Below, piece by piece: positions 10,840 through 20,489 of a stretch of DNA of 64,000 nucleotides. Within the stretch, counting starts at the first letter, position 1. Each line of letters begins with the position of its first letter. A model generated the notes under the pieces. That model was not told where the DNA came from. It ran no database searches and saw only the letters and a list, made by a program, of their open reading frames with translations. Origin of the DNA: an uncultured Bacilli bacterium (GTDB lineage: Bacteria > Bacillota_I > Bacilli_A > RF39 > UBA660); assembly GCA_910578855.1 (NCBI GenBank), contig CAJTRV010000004.1, positions 5,551 through 69,550 on the forward strand. The letters are read 5' to 3'. The translations under genes and the position numbers were made by a program.

Positions 10840-12042
10840 TTAATTGTTCACTCCATGATGGATGGGCTTAGTCCCAGCTGTAATCCGATCAAACTGATAG
10901 CCATTCTGTTTGCCATAGGTAATAATACGGTCTAAAGCATCCGCTGTTTGTTGGTTTGCTGCATAATCATGCATCAATACAACATATGTGGACTCATTAC
11001 CTAAACTAGACGTTACATTTTTGACAATCGCATCGCTCCCAATTCGCCCAGTATCTCCGCTATCAATATTCCAATCAAAATAATGAAATCCTCGGCGCAT
11101 TACTTCGGTTGTCAGAGTACTCATAATGCCTGGTTGAAACTTACTAACAGTATTCGAACTTCCTCCTGGAAAACGAATAATATTAGCATCTTCCCCAGTA
11201 ATCGTTTTTAAGCGAGCTCGTAATTCATAAAGATCTTTAAAATAAGTATCCACTGATTGATAAATATAACGATAATTATGCGTATTGCTATGAATTGCCA
11301 CCGTATGACCTTCATCATGTACTCGTTTCGTGATAGCATTGTAACTAGAATCTTTCCCGATCATAAAAAATGTTGCTTTGACCCCATGCTGCTTTAAAAC
11401 ATCCAATATGGCAGGTGTAACCTGCGATGGACCGTCATCAAATGTTAAATAAATAGTTTTTAAATTTGGATCTTTCTTAGGAACCACTCGAATTGTTCGG
11501 ATTTCCGTCACTTCATTCCCCGCTTGATCCTTACTATAATATTGTAATCGATATTCCCCCTGTTTCTTTGGATTGACTTGCCCCGTTACCCGAACAGATT
11601 TGGTAATATCTCCATCATTATTATCGATTGCCTGATAACCAGGCTCGGTATAGTTTGTCCCCTCTTCTACAAACATCTCTTTGGCTCCATGTAGGACAAG
11701 TCGGGGTTTATCACGGTCTATAACAATCACTGTTCGTGATTTACGAATCGTTCCATTTAGATAAGAAATACGATATTGAATTTGATACCTACCAGCTCTC
11801 TTCATATTTAAATTACTTTTAACGATAACCCGTGGTGACTTCATTCCAAGTATCACTGAAACCTTCGTTCCAGGATCAACATAGTTCTCCCCCATAGGAA
11901 TAGTCATTGTCTTTGGACCCTTCAATTGGATCCTTGGACGATATAATACCAGTCCCGTAATTAAAATAAATAAAAAACTCCAAAAAACAACGAGAAACTG
12001 CATTCTTCGCGTCCATTTTTTTATCGCTTGTTGCTTCATCAA
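10840..12042 (-). CDS. Polysaccharide deacetylase (NodB homology) with N-terminal TM and Ig-like domains
   Basis: TFDDGP motif and a HSNTH-containing catalytic region. N-terminal TM helix. Confidence 0.75.
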   Translation of the reverse strand: MMKQQAIKKWTRRMQFLVVFWSFLFILITGLVLYRPRIQLKGPKTMTIPMGENYVDPGTKVSVILGMKSPRVIVKSNLNMKRAGRYQIQYRISYLNGTIRKSRTVIVIDRDKPRLVLHGAKEMFVEEGTNYTEPGYQAIDNNDGDITKSVRVTGQVNPKKQGEYRLQYYSKDQAGNEVTEIRTIRVVPKKDPNLKTIYLTFDDGPSQVTPAILDVLKQHGVKATFFMIGKDSSYNAITKRVHDEGHTVAIHSNTHNYRYIYQSVDTYFKDLYELRARLKTITGEDANIIRFPGGSSNTVSKFQPGIMSTLTTEVMRRGFHYFDWNIDSGDTGRIGSDAIVKNVTSSLGNESTYVVLMHDYAANQQTADALDRIITYGKQNGYQFDRITAGTKPIHHGVNN

Positions 12043-12178
12043 TAATCACATCCTACATCCTCATCATTAGTATAACTAATTTTAATCAAAATACTCTTTT
12101 TATCATAACACACCCAAATCTTTTTGTATAGCAAGTTCTAACTTATTTTAGCAAAAAAACATAGTCATTTTTTCATGT

Positions 12179-14377
12179 CTATGTTTCTTTTTTAGAATCT
12201 TGTTCCTCTACATATTTATCATTTAAAATAATTTTAATCGTTTCTTTTCCAGTAATTACCGTTCCTGGTTTGATACTCTGGTTAGTAATATATCCATGTC
12301 CTTCTGTTTCATACGCAATTCCTAATAAGGTAAACAGGTGAATGGCATCACCACTCGACCAACCAGTTAAATCAATCATTTTTTTATTGGCATCATTGGT
12401 TAATAGAATTACTTTATCTCCTGACATAACGGTTGTTCCACGAGAAGGATATTGACTAATAATTTTTGCACCCTCTCCAATGACGATTGGCGTAATTTTT
12501 TGATTGGTTAACTCTTTTACCACCGTCTCCTTTGTTTTGTTGATATAGGATGGCAACACATAAGTAACAATCGCCGTCTTATCTAATGTTTCACCAAACA
12601 TATTTCTATATTTGGCAATACTAGTAATCACACTCTTAACCGCGGTATATAGGCCTTTACTTTCACCCCAGCTTGGTTTTCGCATGGCACCATAAATAAT
12701 AATTTCCGGCTCATCTTTGGGATACATCCCAGCAAACGAGAAAATATAATCATTTTTCCCACTCAAATATAGACCTGTTTCATTGTCAAAAATTTGGGCA
12801 GTTCCGGTTTTTCCAATAATATCAAAACCATCAATTTTATATGTTGTTCCGGTCGTTCCAAGATCTTTTCCGTGAATGGTATTCCACATCAATTCTTTCA
12901 TCTTATCAACCGTCGATTGTTTGACTAGTTGTTCTGATTCTTCCCGCTTCGCCTTATACGTAACTTTTTTGGTATTAGGATCGACGATTTTATCAACAAT
13001 ATGTGGTTTCAACATCTTTCCATTATTCGATAGAATTGTAAGGGCTTGTAAATTTTGAATTTGCGTTGTTGTAATCCCTTGCCCAAATCCCGCATTGGCA
13101 ACTTCAATGGGATATGTGAATGAAATATCACCAGTTTGTTCCCGAGGAAGTTCAATTCCCGTCTTCGCCCCAAAACCATATTTTTTAAGACAAGTCCGTA
13201 AATCTTCTTTATTGATAAACCGCGATAGCATATTGGTAATACCAACATTTGAAGAATACTCATACCCTTTATCAAAGGTGATGTTTCCCCAACCTTTTCG
13301 GTTCCAATCATATACCGTATTCTCACCTACAGCAATCGATCCCGATTTAAACGAAGCTTGACCATCATAAGTACCTTTTTCAAGCGCACACATATAGGTA
13401 AATGTCTTCATCGTCGATCCTGGTTCATAGACATATGAGACTAAAGGATTCTCATAGTTTTCAATATCTCGTAAATTAGGATCAAATGAAGGAATCGAGG
13501 AAGTACCAAGTATTTTCCCAGTCTTTGCATCCATAGCTGTTAAAATTAGCCATTCTGGATCATAAACGTTTTCACTTTCTTTCACCGCACTTTCGATAAA
13601 GCGCTGAATATTAGAGTCAAGTGTAAGATAGATATTTGCCCCATCCAAGGCTGGAGTCTTATATTCTTTCGTATCAGGTATTTGATATCCATTTCGGTCC
13701 TGTTGTTGCCTAAGACTCCCATTACTTCCTTTCAGTAAATCATCATACATACTCTCGATACCAAGCTCTCCAACAATATAGCTTTGAATGGTACTAATAC
13801 CATTATCTTCAATTGTTTTATCATACTGTTTGGCATATCCAACGACATAAGAAGCAAAATTTCCATTTGGATAGTAGCGTTTCTTATTCTCAGTAAAACC
13901 AATTCCTGGTAGCTCCAACTGTTCAATCTCTTCTTTTTTTAGCTCCGTAATTCCCCGACCACCAGGTCCAAGCTCAACCTGATAGGCATTGCTACTAAGT
14001 AGCCGCTCTAAATATTCTACAGTCATCCCAAGAACGGGCGCTAATTTTTCGGCTGTCTTCTTTTTATCGACAACATGACGTGGCTTTTTCGAATTGGTGG
14101 TTCGGCTCTCACTTAGATAAGCAACCACCGTATACGAGTAAACATTTAAAGCGAGCGTATTTCCATCTTTATCATAGATATTTCCCCGCTTCGCATATAA
14201 TGTTTTCGTTACTGTATTTCGAGCCTTAGCAAATTTCTCCATATTAATTCCATAAATAATTGGTGACAATGATAAATAACACAATTGCACATACAAAAGA
14301 ACCATAAAAAAAAGGAAGCATTTTAAAATCAAATTTGGAAATTTCCAAGCTTTTAATTTTACACTTCTCTTCTTCAT
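12179..14377 (-). CDS. Class B penicillin-binding protein (PBP2B/FtsI-type) with two PASTA domains
   Basis: STMK, SSN, KTGT motifs. Two C-terminal PASTA repeats. Follows ftsL. Confidence 0.8.
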   Translation of the reverse strand: MKKRSVKLKAWKFPNLILKCFLFFMVLLYVQLCYLSLSPIIYGINMEKFAKARNTVTKTLYAKRGNIYDKDGNTLALNVYSYTVVAYLSESRTTNSKKPRHVVDKKKTAEKLAPVLGMTVEYLERLLSSNAYQVELGPGGRGITELKKEEIEQLELPGIGFTENKKRYYPNGNFASYVVGYAKQYDKTIEDNGISTIQSYIVGELGIESMYDDLLKGSNGSLRQQQDRNGYQIPDTKEYKTPALDGANIYLTLDSNIQRFIESAVKESENVYDPEWLILTAMDAKTGKILGTSSIPSFDPNLRDIENYENPLVSYVYEPGSTMKTFTYMCALEKGTYDGQASFKSGSIAVGENTVYDWNRKGWGNITFDKGYEYSSNVGITNMLSRFINKEDLRTCLKKYGFGAKTGIELPREQTGDISFTYPIEVANAGFGQGITTTQIQNLQALTILSNNGKMLKPHIVDKIVDPNTKKVTYKAKREESEQLVKQSTVDKMKELMWNTIHGKDLGTTGTTYKIDGFDIIGKTGTAQIFDNETGLYLSGKNDYIFSFAGMYPKDEPEIIIYGAMRKPSWGESKGLYTAVKSVITSIAKYRNMFGETLDKTAIVTYVLPSYINKTKETVVKELTNQKITPIVIGEGAKIISQYPSRGTTVMSGDKVILLTNDANKKMIDLTGWSSGDAIHLFTLLGIAYETEGHGYITNQSIKPGTVITGKETIKIILNDKYVEEQDSKKET

Positions 14378-14390
14378 AGGTTCACCTCGA

Positions 14391-14687
14391 TTATTTATTA
14401 ATTATTACAATATTATCATTATTATACTCTAAACCCATTTCCTTGGCAACATCTTTCACTTTATCAAAAGATGTTAACTCATTGACTTTCATCGTTAAAC
14501 TCTCATTCTTTTTTTCTTGTTGGGTAATATCATATTTTAACTTTTCAACATTCATTTTTAAATTTCCAATATTGGCTCCACAAAAAATAGAGGAAGCAAA
14601 AGAAAGCACAGCACAAAGAACTGCTGCTGTATATAATATTTTCTCACCCTTAGTAATACGTAGTCTTCTCACTTTTCTCGTTCTCAC
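14391..14687 (-). CDS. ftsL: Cell division protein FtsL
   Basis: 98 aa, single TM, coiled coil. Located between rsmH and the PBP gene. Confidence 0.7.
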   Translation of the reverse strand: MRTRKVRRLRITKGEKILYTAAVLCAVLSFASSIFCGANIGNLKMNVEKLKYDITQQEKKNESLTMKVNELTSFDKVKDVAKEMGLEYNNDNIVIINK

Positions 14688-14701
14688 ACTGAACCCTCGC
14701 T

Positions 14702-15619
14702 TTATTTTATTCTTTCAATGACTCTAAGTCGCGCACTACGAGCCCGATTGTTTTCTTCTAATTCCTCAGTACTTGGACAAATATTAGCAATGATTTGATA
14801 CTTTGGCAAGTATTCCTCCGGAACTACCGGCAATTGCCGCAAGCTAGCATCCATTGTACTATGTGCTTTAAAGATCGTCTTTACCAACCGATCTTCTAAG
14901 GAATGAAAGGTAATTACACAGACTCTTCCCCCTACTTTGACAAGCTCCAGTGCTTGTCTTACCGCTTCTTCACAGACTGCTAATTCCTGATTCACTTCAA
15001 TTCGAATTGCCTGAAACACTTTGCGTGCAGGATGTTTTAAACGACGATATTTTTCAGGAACATGATTCTTAATAATCTCAACCAGCTCTAATGTCGTGGC
15101 AATTGGTTGTACTTCTCTTGCTTGAACAATTCCCCGGGCAATTTGATAAGCAAATTTTTCTTCTCCATATTCTTTAAAAATACGGGTTAAATCAGAAATC
15201 GTATAAGTATTAACCACTTGATAAGCAGATAACGCTTGATCCTGATCCATGCGCATATCAAGCGGTGCATCCTGATGAAAACTAAACCCCCGATCTTTTT
15301 CATCTAATTGTGGACTTGAAACCCCAAGGTCAAACAAGATCCCATCGACCTCTTGGATTCCCCGCTTCTGTAATTCTTCTGTCATATGACAAAAATTACT
15401 CTTGATAATTTCAAAATTAGGCGCTATTTCACTAAGCCGTTTCTGACTATGAGAAATAGCATCGCGATCTTGGTCAAAGGCGAATAGAAACCCCTTTTTA
15501 ATTTCTTTTAAAATGGCACTACTGTGCCCGCCATATCCCAAGGTGGCGTCGACGATAATACTATCGTCGTGTATTTTTAAATAGGATAGACTCTCTTCTA
15601 ATAAAACACTTTTATGCAT
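14702..15619 (-). CDS. rsmH: 16S rRNA (cytosine1402-N4)-methyltransferase
   Basis: N-terminus VLLEESLSYL...VDATLGYGGHS is the MraW signature. Confidence 0.9.
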   Translation of the reverse strand: MHKSVLLEESLSYLKIHDDSIIVDATLGYGGHSSAILKEIKKGFLFAFDQDRDAISHSQKRLSEIAPNFEIIKSNFCHMTEELQKRGIQEVDGILFDLGVSSPQLDEKDRGFSFHQDAPLDMRMDQDQALSAYQVVNTYTISDLTRIFKEYGEEKFAYQIARGIVQAREVQPIATTLELVEIIKNHVPEKYRRLKHPARKVFQAIRIEVNQELAVCEEAVRQALELVKVGGRVCVITFHSLEDRLVKTIFKAHSTMDASLRQLPVVPEEYLPKYQIIANICPSTEELEENNRARSARLRVIERIK

Positions 15620-15627
15620 AGTCCCTC

Positions 15628-16059
15628 CTAATTAAAACTTGTAGAAAATAGATTATCAGCAATTGCTGATAAGTTGCTCTCATTTTCATCAATAAACGCT
15701 TCCCAACGATCTTTACTCCAGATTTCCAAACGATCATTGACGCCAATAATAATACAGTCTTTCACTAGACCGGCAAATTTCATCAGTGGTGGTGTTAATT
15801 TTAAACGTCCTTGTTTATCAAATTCACAAGTGGTCGCACCCGATAAAAAGAAGCGCATGAAATTACGAGCATCTTTCGTATTGGGTAATTCTTTGTACTT
15901 CTCAATAATGGAATTCCATTCTTTCATCGGATAGACAAATAGACAGTTATCAAGACCTCGCGTCACGACAAAAGTTTCTCCTAGGTCATAACGGACTTTC
16001 GACGGAATGGTTAATCGGCCTTTGTCATCAACCGAATGATGATATTCCCCCATCAACAT
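15628..16059 (-). CDS. mraZ: Transcriptional regulator MraZ
   Basis: MLMGEYHHSVDDKGRLTIPSK...: two DxxxR repeats. The start was moved to an internal Met to give the ~143 aa typical of MraZ. Confidence 0.85.
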   Translation of the reverse strand: MLMGEYHHSVDDKGRLTIPSKVRYDLGETFVVTRGLDNCLFVYPMKEWNSIIEKYKELPNTKDARNFMRFFLSGATTCEFDKQGRLKLTPPLMKFAGLVKDCIIIGVNDRLEIWSKDRWEAFIDENESNLSAIADNLFSTSFN

Positions 16060-16189
16060 GAAATCACCCACTTTGCTCCACTTTATTCCACTAGATACCA
16101 CTATTTTACTCCATAACACCCACTTTGTAAATAGGTCCTTTCGATTTTTTCATAAAAAGTGAAGCAAGAAAACAAATTAGAAATCAATT

Positions 16190-16206
16190 ATGACAAGTAA
16201 ATTGTC
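16190..16206. promoter_or_regulatory. Perfect inverted repeat TGACAA-N5-TTGTCA upstream of mraZ (candidate operator overlapping a -35-like TTGACA)
   Basis: Sequence tgacaagtaaattgtca, about 130 nt upstream of the mraZ start. Confidence 0.3.
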
Positions 16207-16336
16207 AAGAAATAAGAATGGCCAACCATAAGACACAAAAAAAGACAATCAAAAATTCGATTGTCGAGACCATTATCAGAAATTGTGAATAGTATTTGAT
16301 AAATCGGTATTCCCAATTTAAAATCAATTCTATCAA

Positions 16337-16795
16337 TTACCAACGTCTTACTTTATTATTTTTTACTCTTTGAATATTTTGAATATTAAGCTGATTGTAA
16401 TTTTGTTCTGCACCACAGAGATTCAATATATCTTCATCAGAGTTTAATTCAAAGAATCTTTTTAACGACTCCTCTAAAGTGATATTTTTACCTTCCATTC
16501 GCTGCTTCATTAGCCATATTTGCATATCACCATAATTCATAATATTTTTCAGAAGCAGTAGGAATTCATCATACTCCATCTTTTCTTGTCTTTTATCTTC
16601 AATAGCTGCTTTTATTATCCAAAGTCTTTGTAACACTTCATCATCCCGAATACCGTATACTAACTTCATATCTTCTAATGTTTCATTTATAATAAGAATG
16701 TCTGTACAACAAAGTTTGCTCGGTTCCGTACCACATCCCTTTTTCTGCTTCCTCTTTAAACTTTCACTCAATTTTTTAAATATGTTTTCACCCAT
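16337..16795 (-). CDS. Hypothetical protein
   Basis: ORF with a GGGAGGAAG RBS before MGENIF. No recognisable domain. Confidence 0.5.
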   Translation of the reverse strand: MGENIFKKLSESLKRKQKKGCGTEPSKLCCTDILIINETLEDMKLVYGIRDDEVLQRLWIIKAAIEDKRQEKMEYDEFLLLLKNIMNYGDMQIWLMKQRMEGKNITLEESLKRFFELNSDEDILNLCGAEQNYNQLNIQNIQRVKNNKVRRW

Positions 16796-16888
16796 ATATA
16801 CTTCCTCCCAGAAGTAGTATAACATATTTTAGATATTATTGTTATTATCTACTAATATTATTTAAAATAACTGTATAAAATTTTATAT

Positions 16889-16918
16889 AAAAAAGAAAAG
16901 AGGACTACTCTCCTCTTT
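16889..16918 (-). terminator. Rho-independent terminator after the YjcZ-like gene pair
   Basis: AAAGAGGA-gagtag-TCCTCTTT hairpin followed by TCTTTTTT on the minus strand. Confidence 0.55.
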
Positions 16919-17057
16919 AAAAGAAACAAGAACCTAAAATAATTGCTAATAAGATGTATAATACGATAATGCAAACATAATTATTTCCGGTGTTGCATCC
17001 ACATCCACATCCACAATTAGTTGGTTCTGGACGACTGCAATTGTTTCCACATGCCAT
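16917..17057 (-). CDS. YjcZ-family tiny Cys/Gly-rich transmembrane (sporulation-type) protein
   Basis: Not in the ORF track (<60 aa). A GGAGGTG RBS precedes MACGNNCSRPEPTNCGCGCGCNTGNNYVCIIVLYILLAIILGSCFF. Confidence 0.6.
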   Translation of the reverse strand: MACGNNCSRPEPTNCGCGCGCNTGNNYVCIIVLYILLAIILGSCFF

Positions 17058-17073
17058 ACGATTCACCTCCTGC

Positions 17074-17157
17074 CTAAATGTACGCTCCAAGTATGATTAT
17101 TAAAAGAATAAATAATACTAAAACGATAGCAGCGCCTGATACTCCTGTGTTACACAT
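17074..17157 (-). CDS. YjcZ-family tiny transmembrane protein (27 aa)
   Basis: AAGGAGGA RBS, then MCNTGVSGAAIVLVLFILLIIILGAYI, which matches the YjcZ GFALIVVLFILLIIVG core. Confidence 0.6.
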   Translation of the reverse strand: MCNTGVSGAAIVLVLFILLIIILGAYI

Positions 17158-17303
17158 AAAAATCATTCCTCCTTTTTTTGTCTTTTCAAGAGTATTTTAT
17201 GGCAATCAGAGTAATTTGTGATTACTTATAACCAAAATATTGTAATTTTTATATTTTTTTGATAATATAGTACATGTATAATTGAAAGGAGTTCATAAAA
17301 CAT

Positions 17304-18299
17304 ATGAATAAAAACAGAAATAAAAAACTAGGTTTGATTGCCCTTGTAGCAGTTGTACTGTTAACAGCTGGATGTGGAAAGGTATCAAAACTAAAAAATG
17401 GTGAAGAATTAGTTGCTAGTATCAATGGAAAGAAAATTACAACCGAAGATTTATACAAGGAATTAAAAAAACAGGGAGGATCTAGTGTTCTGATTAATTT
17501 AATTGACGAATATATCGCCAATAAAGAAGTAAAAACCGATGATACAACCAAAGAATATGCCAATGCACAATTAGAACAAATGAAAACACAATATACCCAA
17601 GCTGGACAAGACTTTAATGCAGCTCTTATCAATGCTGGTTATAAAAATGAAGCGGCATTTAAAGACGTATTAATTCTCGACTATAAAAAACAACAAGTAG
17701 TTAAGAAATTCTTAGAGAAAGAATTGAAAGATGAAGAAATTGACAAATACTATAAAGATGAAATCTTTGGAGCCATGACAGCTCGCCATATCTTAATTAA
17801 ACCTGATGTCAAAGATGATGCTAGTGATGAAGACAAAGAGAAAGCGGAAGAAGCAGCAAAGAAAAAAGCCGAAGAGCTCATAAAAAAATTAGAAGATAGC
17901 AAAGATGTTGAAAAAACATTCAAGGAACTAGCTGAGAAAAATTCTGACGATGAAGCTACAGCCAAAGAAGGTGGACTATTTAGTGACTTTGAAAAAAGTG
18001 AAGTCGTAACTGAATTCTGGGATGCAAGTGCCAAATTAAAAGATGGAAAATATACCAAAGAGCCAGTAAAAAGTGACTATGGATATCATATCATTTATCG
18101 TGTTAGCCAAAAAAGCAAACCAAAATTAAAAGATGTCAAAGACGAAATTAAAGAAACCCTTGTTTCTAATAAATTAACAAATGACGCTAACTTATCTAGT
18201 AAAACTTGGGATCGTATTCGTCGGGAAAAGTATAAATTAAAAATTGAAGACAGTGAACTAAATGATTCTTATAAGAGCATTGTTGATAATATTAAATAA
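17304..18299 (+). CDS. prsA: Foldase lipoprotein PrsA (parvulin-type PPIase)
   Basis: LTAGC lipobox. Parvulin motifs ARHILIK, GGLFSDF, GYHIIY. Confidence 0.85.
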   Translation: MNKNRNKKLGLIALVAVVLLTAGCGKVSKLKNGEELVASINGKKITTEDLYKELKKQGGSSVLINLIDEYIANKEVKTDDTTKEYANAQLEQMKTQYTQAGQDFNAALINAGYKNEAAFKDVLILDYKKQQVVKKFLEKELKDEEIDKYYKDEIFGAMTARHILIKPDVKDDASDEDKEKAEEAAKKKAEELIKKLEDSKDVEKTFKELAEKNSDDEATAKEGGLFSDFEKSEVVTEFWDASAKLKDGKYTKEPVKSDYGYHIIYRVSQKSKPKLKDVKDEIKETLVSNKLTNDANLSSKTWDRIRREKYKLKIEDSELNDSYKSIVDNIK

Positions 18300-18321
18300 A
18301 AAGAGCAACTGCTCTTTTTTT
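18298..18321 (+). terminator. Rho-independent terminator of prsA
   Basis: AAGAGC-aact-GCTCTT hairpin followed by T7. Confidence 0.6.
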
Positions 18322-18327
18322 GATCTT

Positions 18328-19188
18328 CTAAAACATAATCCGTGGTTTAAAGTGTCCTGGTTCATATTGTTCATATATCCCAATCGGTGAGCCATCAGGA
18401 TTAATAAATAAAATCTTATCAACATCATAATAAGCTTCTATTTTATTACCATTCCGGATCCGGGTTGCATTTTCATCACCAACGACCATCTGTTTGACAT
18501 CGACTAATGCTTCGGGAATCGAAATACAACGATAATTGCCATTTTCAAGCGCGGTTAAGCGAATTGCCGATGCCAAGGTATAATTTCCCTGTCTCGTCCG
18601 TTCTAACCGCAGCATCGTTCCAATCGTTCCCAACTGAGCAGCCAAGTCCCGGATGAGACTACGAATATAAGTCCCCTTACTTACCGTTGTTCGAATCGTA
18701 AACCGAATTTTTCCATCGCTAACAGTAAGTGGGGAAATCCGTTTTAAAGAGGCAATTGTCACCTCTTTTTTTGGTAATGTTACTGCCTCATGATGACGAG
18801 CATACTCATATAATTTTTTTCCCCGAACCTTAACCGCTGAATAAATTGGTACTTCTTGCAGATACGTCCCAATCATTTGCGCTAAGGCATGATCAATCTC
18901 AGTCTCTGATTTCCTTACTGTTTCCGAAGCGAGAATCTTACCCGTAATATCTAAAGTATCAGTCAACGTTCCCAATTCTATTTCGGCAATATATTCTTTC
19001 TCCTTATTGGTAATATAATCCACTAATTTCGTTGCTTTCCCAACGGCTAAAACCAACACCCCGGTAGCCATGGGATCAAGAGTTCCCGTATGGCCGATTT
19101 TCTTCGTCTTTAGGGCCTTGCAGGCAATGTTTACAACATCACGACTTGTATACCCTGTTTCCTTATTAATCACAATAAACCCATTCAT
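18328..19188 (-). CDS. truB: tRNA pseudouridine(55) synthase
   Basis: GHTGTLDPMATGVL catalytic motif. Confidence 0.9.
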   Translation of the reverse strand: MNGFIVINKETGYTSRDVVNIACKALKTKKIGHTGTLDPMATGVLVLAVGKATKLVDYITNKEKEYIAEIELGTLTDTLDITGKILASETVRKSETEIDHALAQMIGTYLQEVPIYSAVKVRGKKLYEYARHHEAVTLPKKEVTIASLKRISPLTVSDGKIRFTIRTTVSKGTYIRSLIRDLAAQLGTIGTMLRLERTRQGNYTLASAIRLTALENGNYRCISIPEALVDVKQMVVGDENATRIRNGNKIEAYYDVDKILFINPDGSPIGIYEQYEPGHFKPRIMF

Positions 19189-19253
19189 ATCATCACCACT
19201 CGTCTTACAGTATAAAGAAAATTATTGAAAAAGGCAAGAAAAAAAAATCCAGG

Positions 19254-19715
19254 TTATGAATTCTTACAGGTAAGACCATCATCTTCCATCTGTTTTTGAT
19301 ACTTTTTCACATCAATCGTTTTCTTGTTTGCATCATACTTAGGCATAAACTTTTGAATATCTGCTTCCGAAGCCTTGGCAAAATCTAGCTCTAATAACAC
19401 GACAAGATTGTTATCCTTCTGTTTAACCGAAGCTTCGACTCCGGTAGCATTATATGATTCATAGGCTTTTTTTAATGCCTCATAGGCAGCGGTTCTAACA
19501 CTCTCTTGCTGCTTAGAAACATCCATATCAACCGATATCGTCATTTGTTGAATCGCATTTCGCTTGGTCTTTAAAACCATTTTTTGCTCGGTTGGAATCC
19601 CAGAATCTTCCGTATGCTCCGTACAAGTTAAGGTCTTCGTTCCCCCGAAACATCCCGTTACCATGCTTACCATTAAAACAGTAACAACAATGGCAACTCC
19701 TTTTTTCTTTATCAT
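19254..19715 (-). CDS. Lipoprotein of unknown function
   Basis: Signal peptide plus a VTGC lipobox. No recognisable domain. Confidence 0.55.
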   Translation of the reverse strand: MIKKKGVAIVVTVLMVSMVTGCFGGTKTLTCTEHTEDSGIPTEQKMVLKTKRNAIQQMTISVDMDVSKQQESVRTAAYEALKKAYESYNATGVEASVKQKDNNLVVLLELDFAKASEADIQKFMPKYDANKKTIDVKKYQKQMEDDGLTCKNS

Positions 19716-19790
19716 TTCCTCACTCCTCCTATTTCAATTATAACATAATTTGACTTTTTTCACCAATGTTTCACATTCAAAAAAACAAGA

Positions 19791-20489
19791 TCAATCACGA
19801 TCTTGCATCATTATAATAATTCGCAAAATATTTAGAATATTCGATACCAAACTCGCCACATAAGTCATCGCTGCTGCTTTCAACATATCAGCGATCCCTT
19901 GTTTTTCGTCTGGTTCGATTAACATTAACTGTTCTAACTGAACTCCAGCTCGTTTAGAAGCATCAAATTCAACTGGCAATGTCACTAGCTGAAATAACAA
20001 TGTCGCACATAACACCAAGATAGAAACCATGAAATATCCTGTCAGTCCACTAAATAAAGAAATGATAATTCCAAAATATCCAAGGTAAGAAACAAGATTT
20101 ACAAATGGTACTAAAGCTGAACGGATTTTCATCATGGAATACCCTTCTTTATCCTGAATCGCATGCCCTACTTCATGGGCAGCAATTGCTAAGGCAGCAA
20201 TCGTTTCCCCATGGAAAATCTGTGACGACAGACGAATCACTTTTCTACTAGGATCGTAGTGATCAGTCAATTCTCCTTTGGTTTCCACCACATAAATCTC
20301 TTGTAACCCATTGGCATCTAGAATAACGCGAGCAGCTTCTGCTCCACTCATCGTTTTCTTATTCTTGATCACTCTAAATCGTCGGTAGGCGCTGCTTATT
20401 TTTGACTGTGCAACAACTACAATGATAATTGCAATAATTGATAATAATATGGTTAAGGGCGTCTCATAGCCCCATGTTAAATAATTCAT
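19791..20489 (-). CDS. Membrane zinc metallopeptidase (Zn_peptidase_2-like)
   Basis: HEVGHAIQ HExxH motif flanked by TM helices. Confidence 0.65.
   Translation of the reverse strand: MNYLTWGYETPLTILLSIIAIIIVVVAQSKISSAYRRFRVIKNKKTMSGAEAARVILDANGLQEIYVVETKGELTDHYDPSRKVIRLSSQIFHGETIAALAIAAHEVGHAIQDKEGYSMMKIRSALVPFVNLVSYLGYFGIIISLFSGLTGYFMVSILVLCATLLFQLVTLPVEFDASKRAGVQLEQLMLIEPDEKQGIADMLKAAAMTYVASLVSNILNILRIIIMMQDRD

Noticed and set aside
17249-18058. Track ORFs 17249-17632 (-) and 17750-18058 (-)
   Set aside because: Antisense to prsA, low-complexity translations, no RBS. The prsA frame has clear domain motifs.
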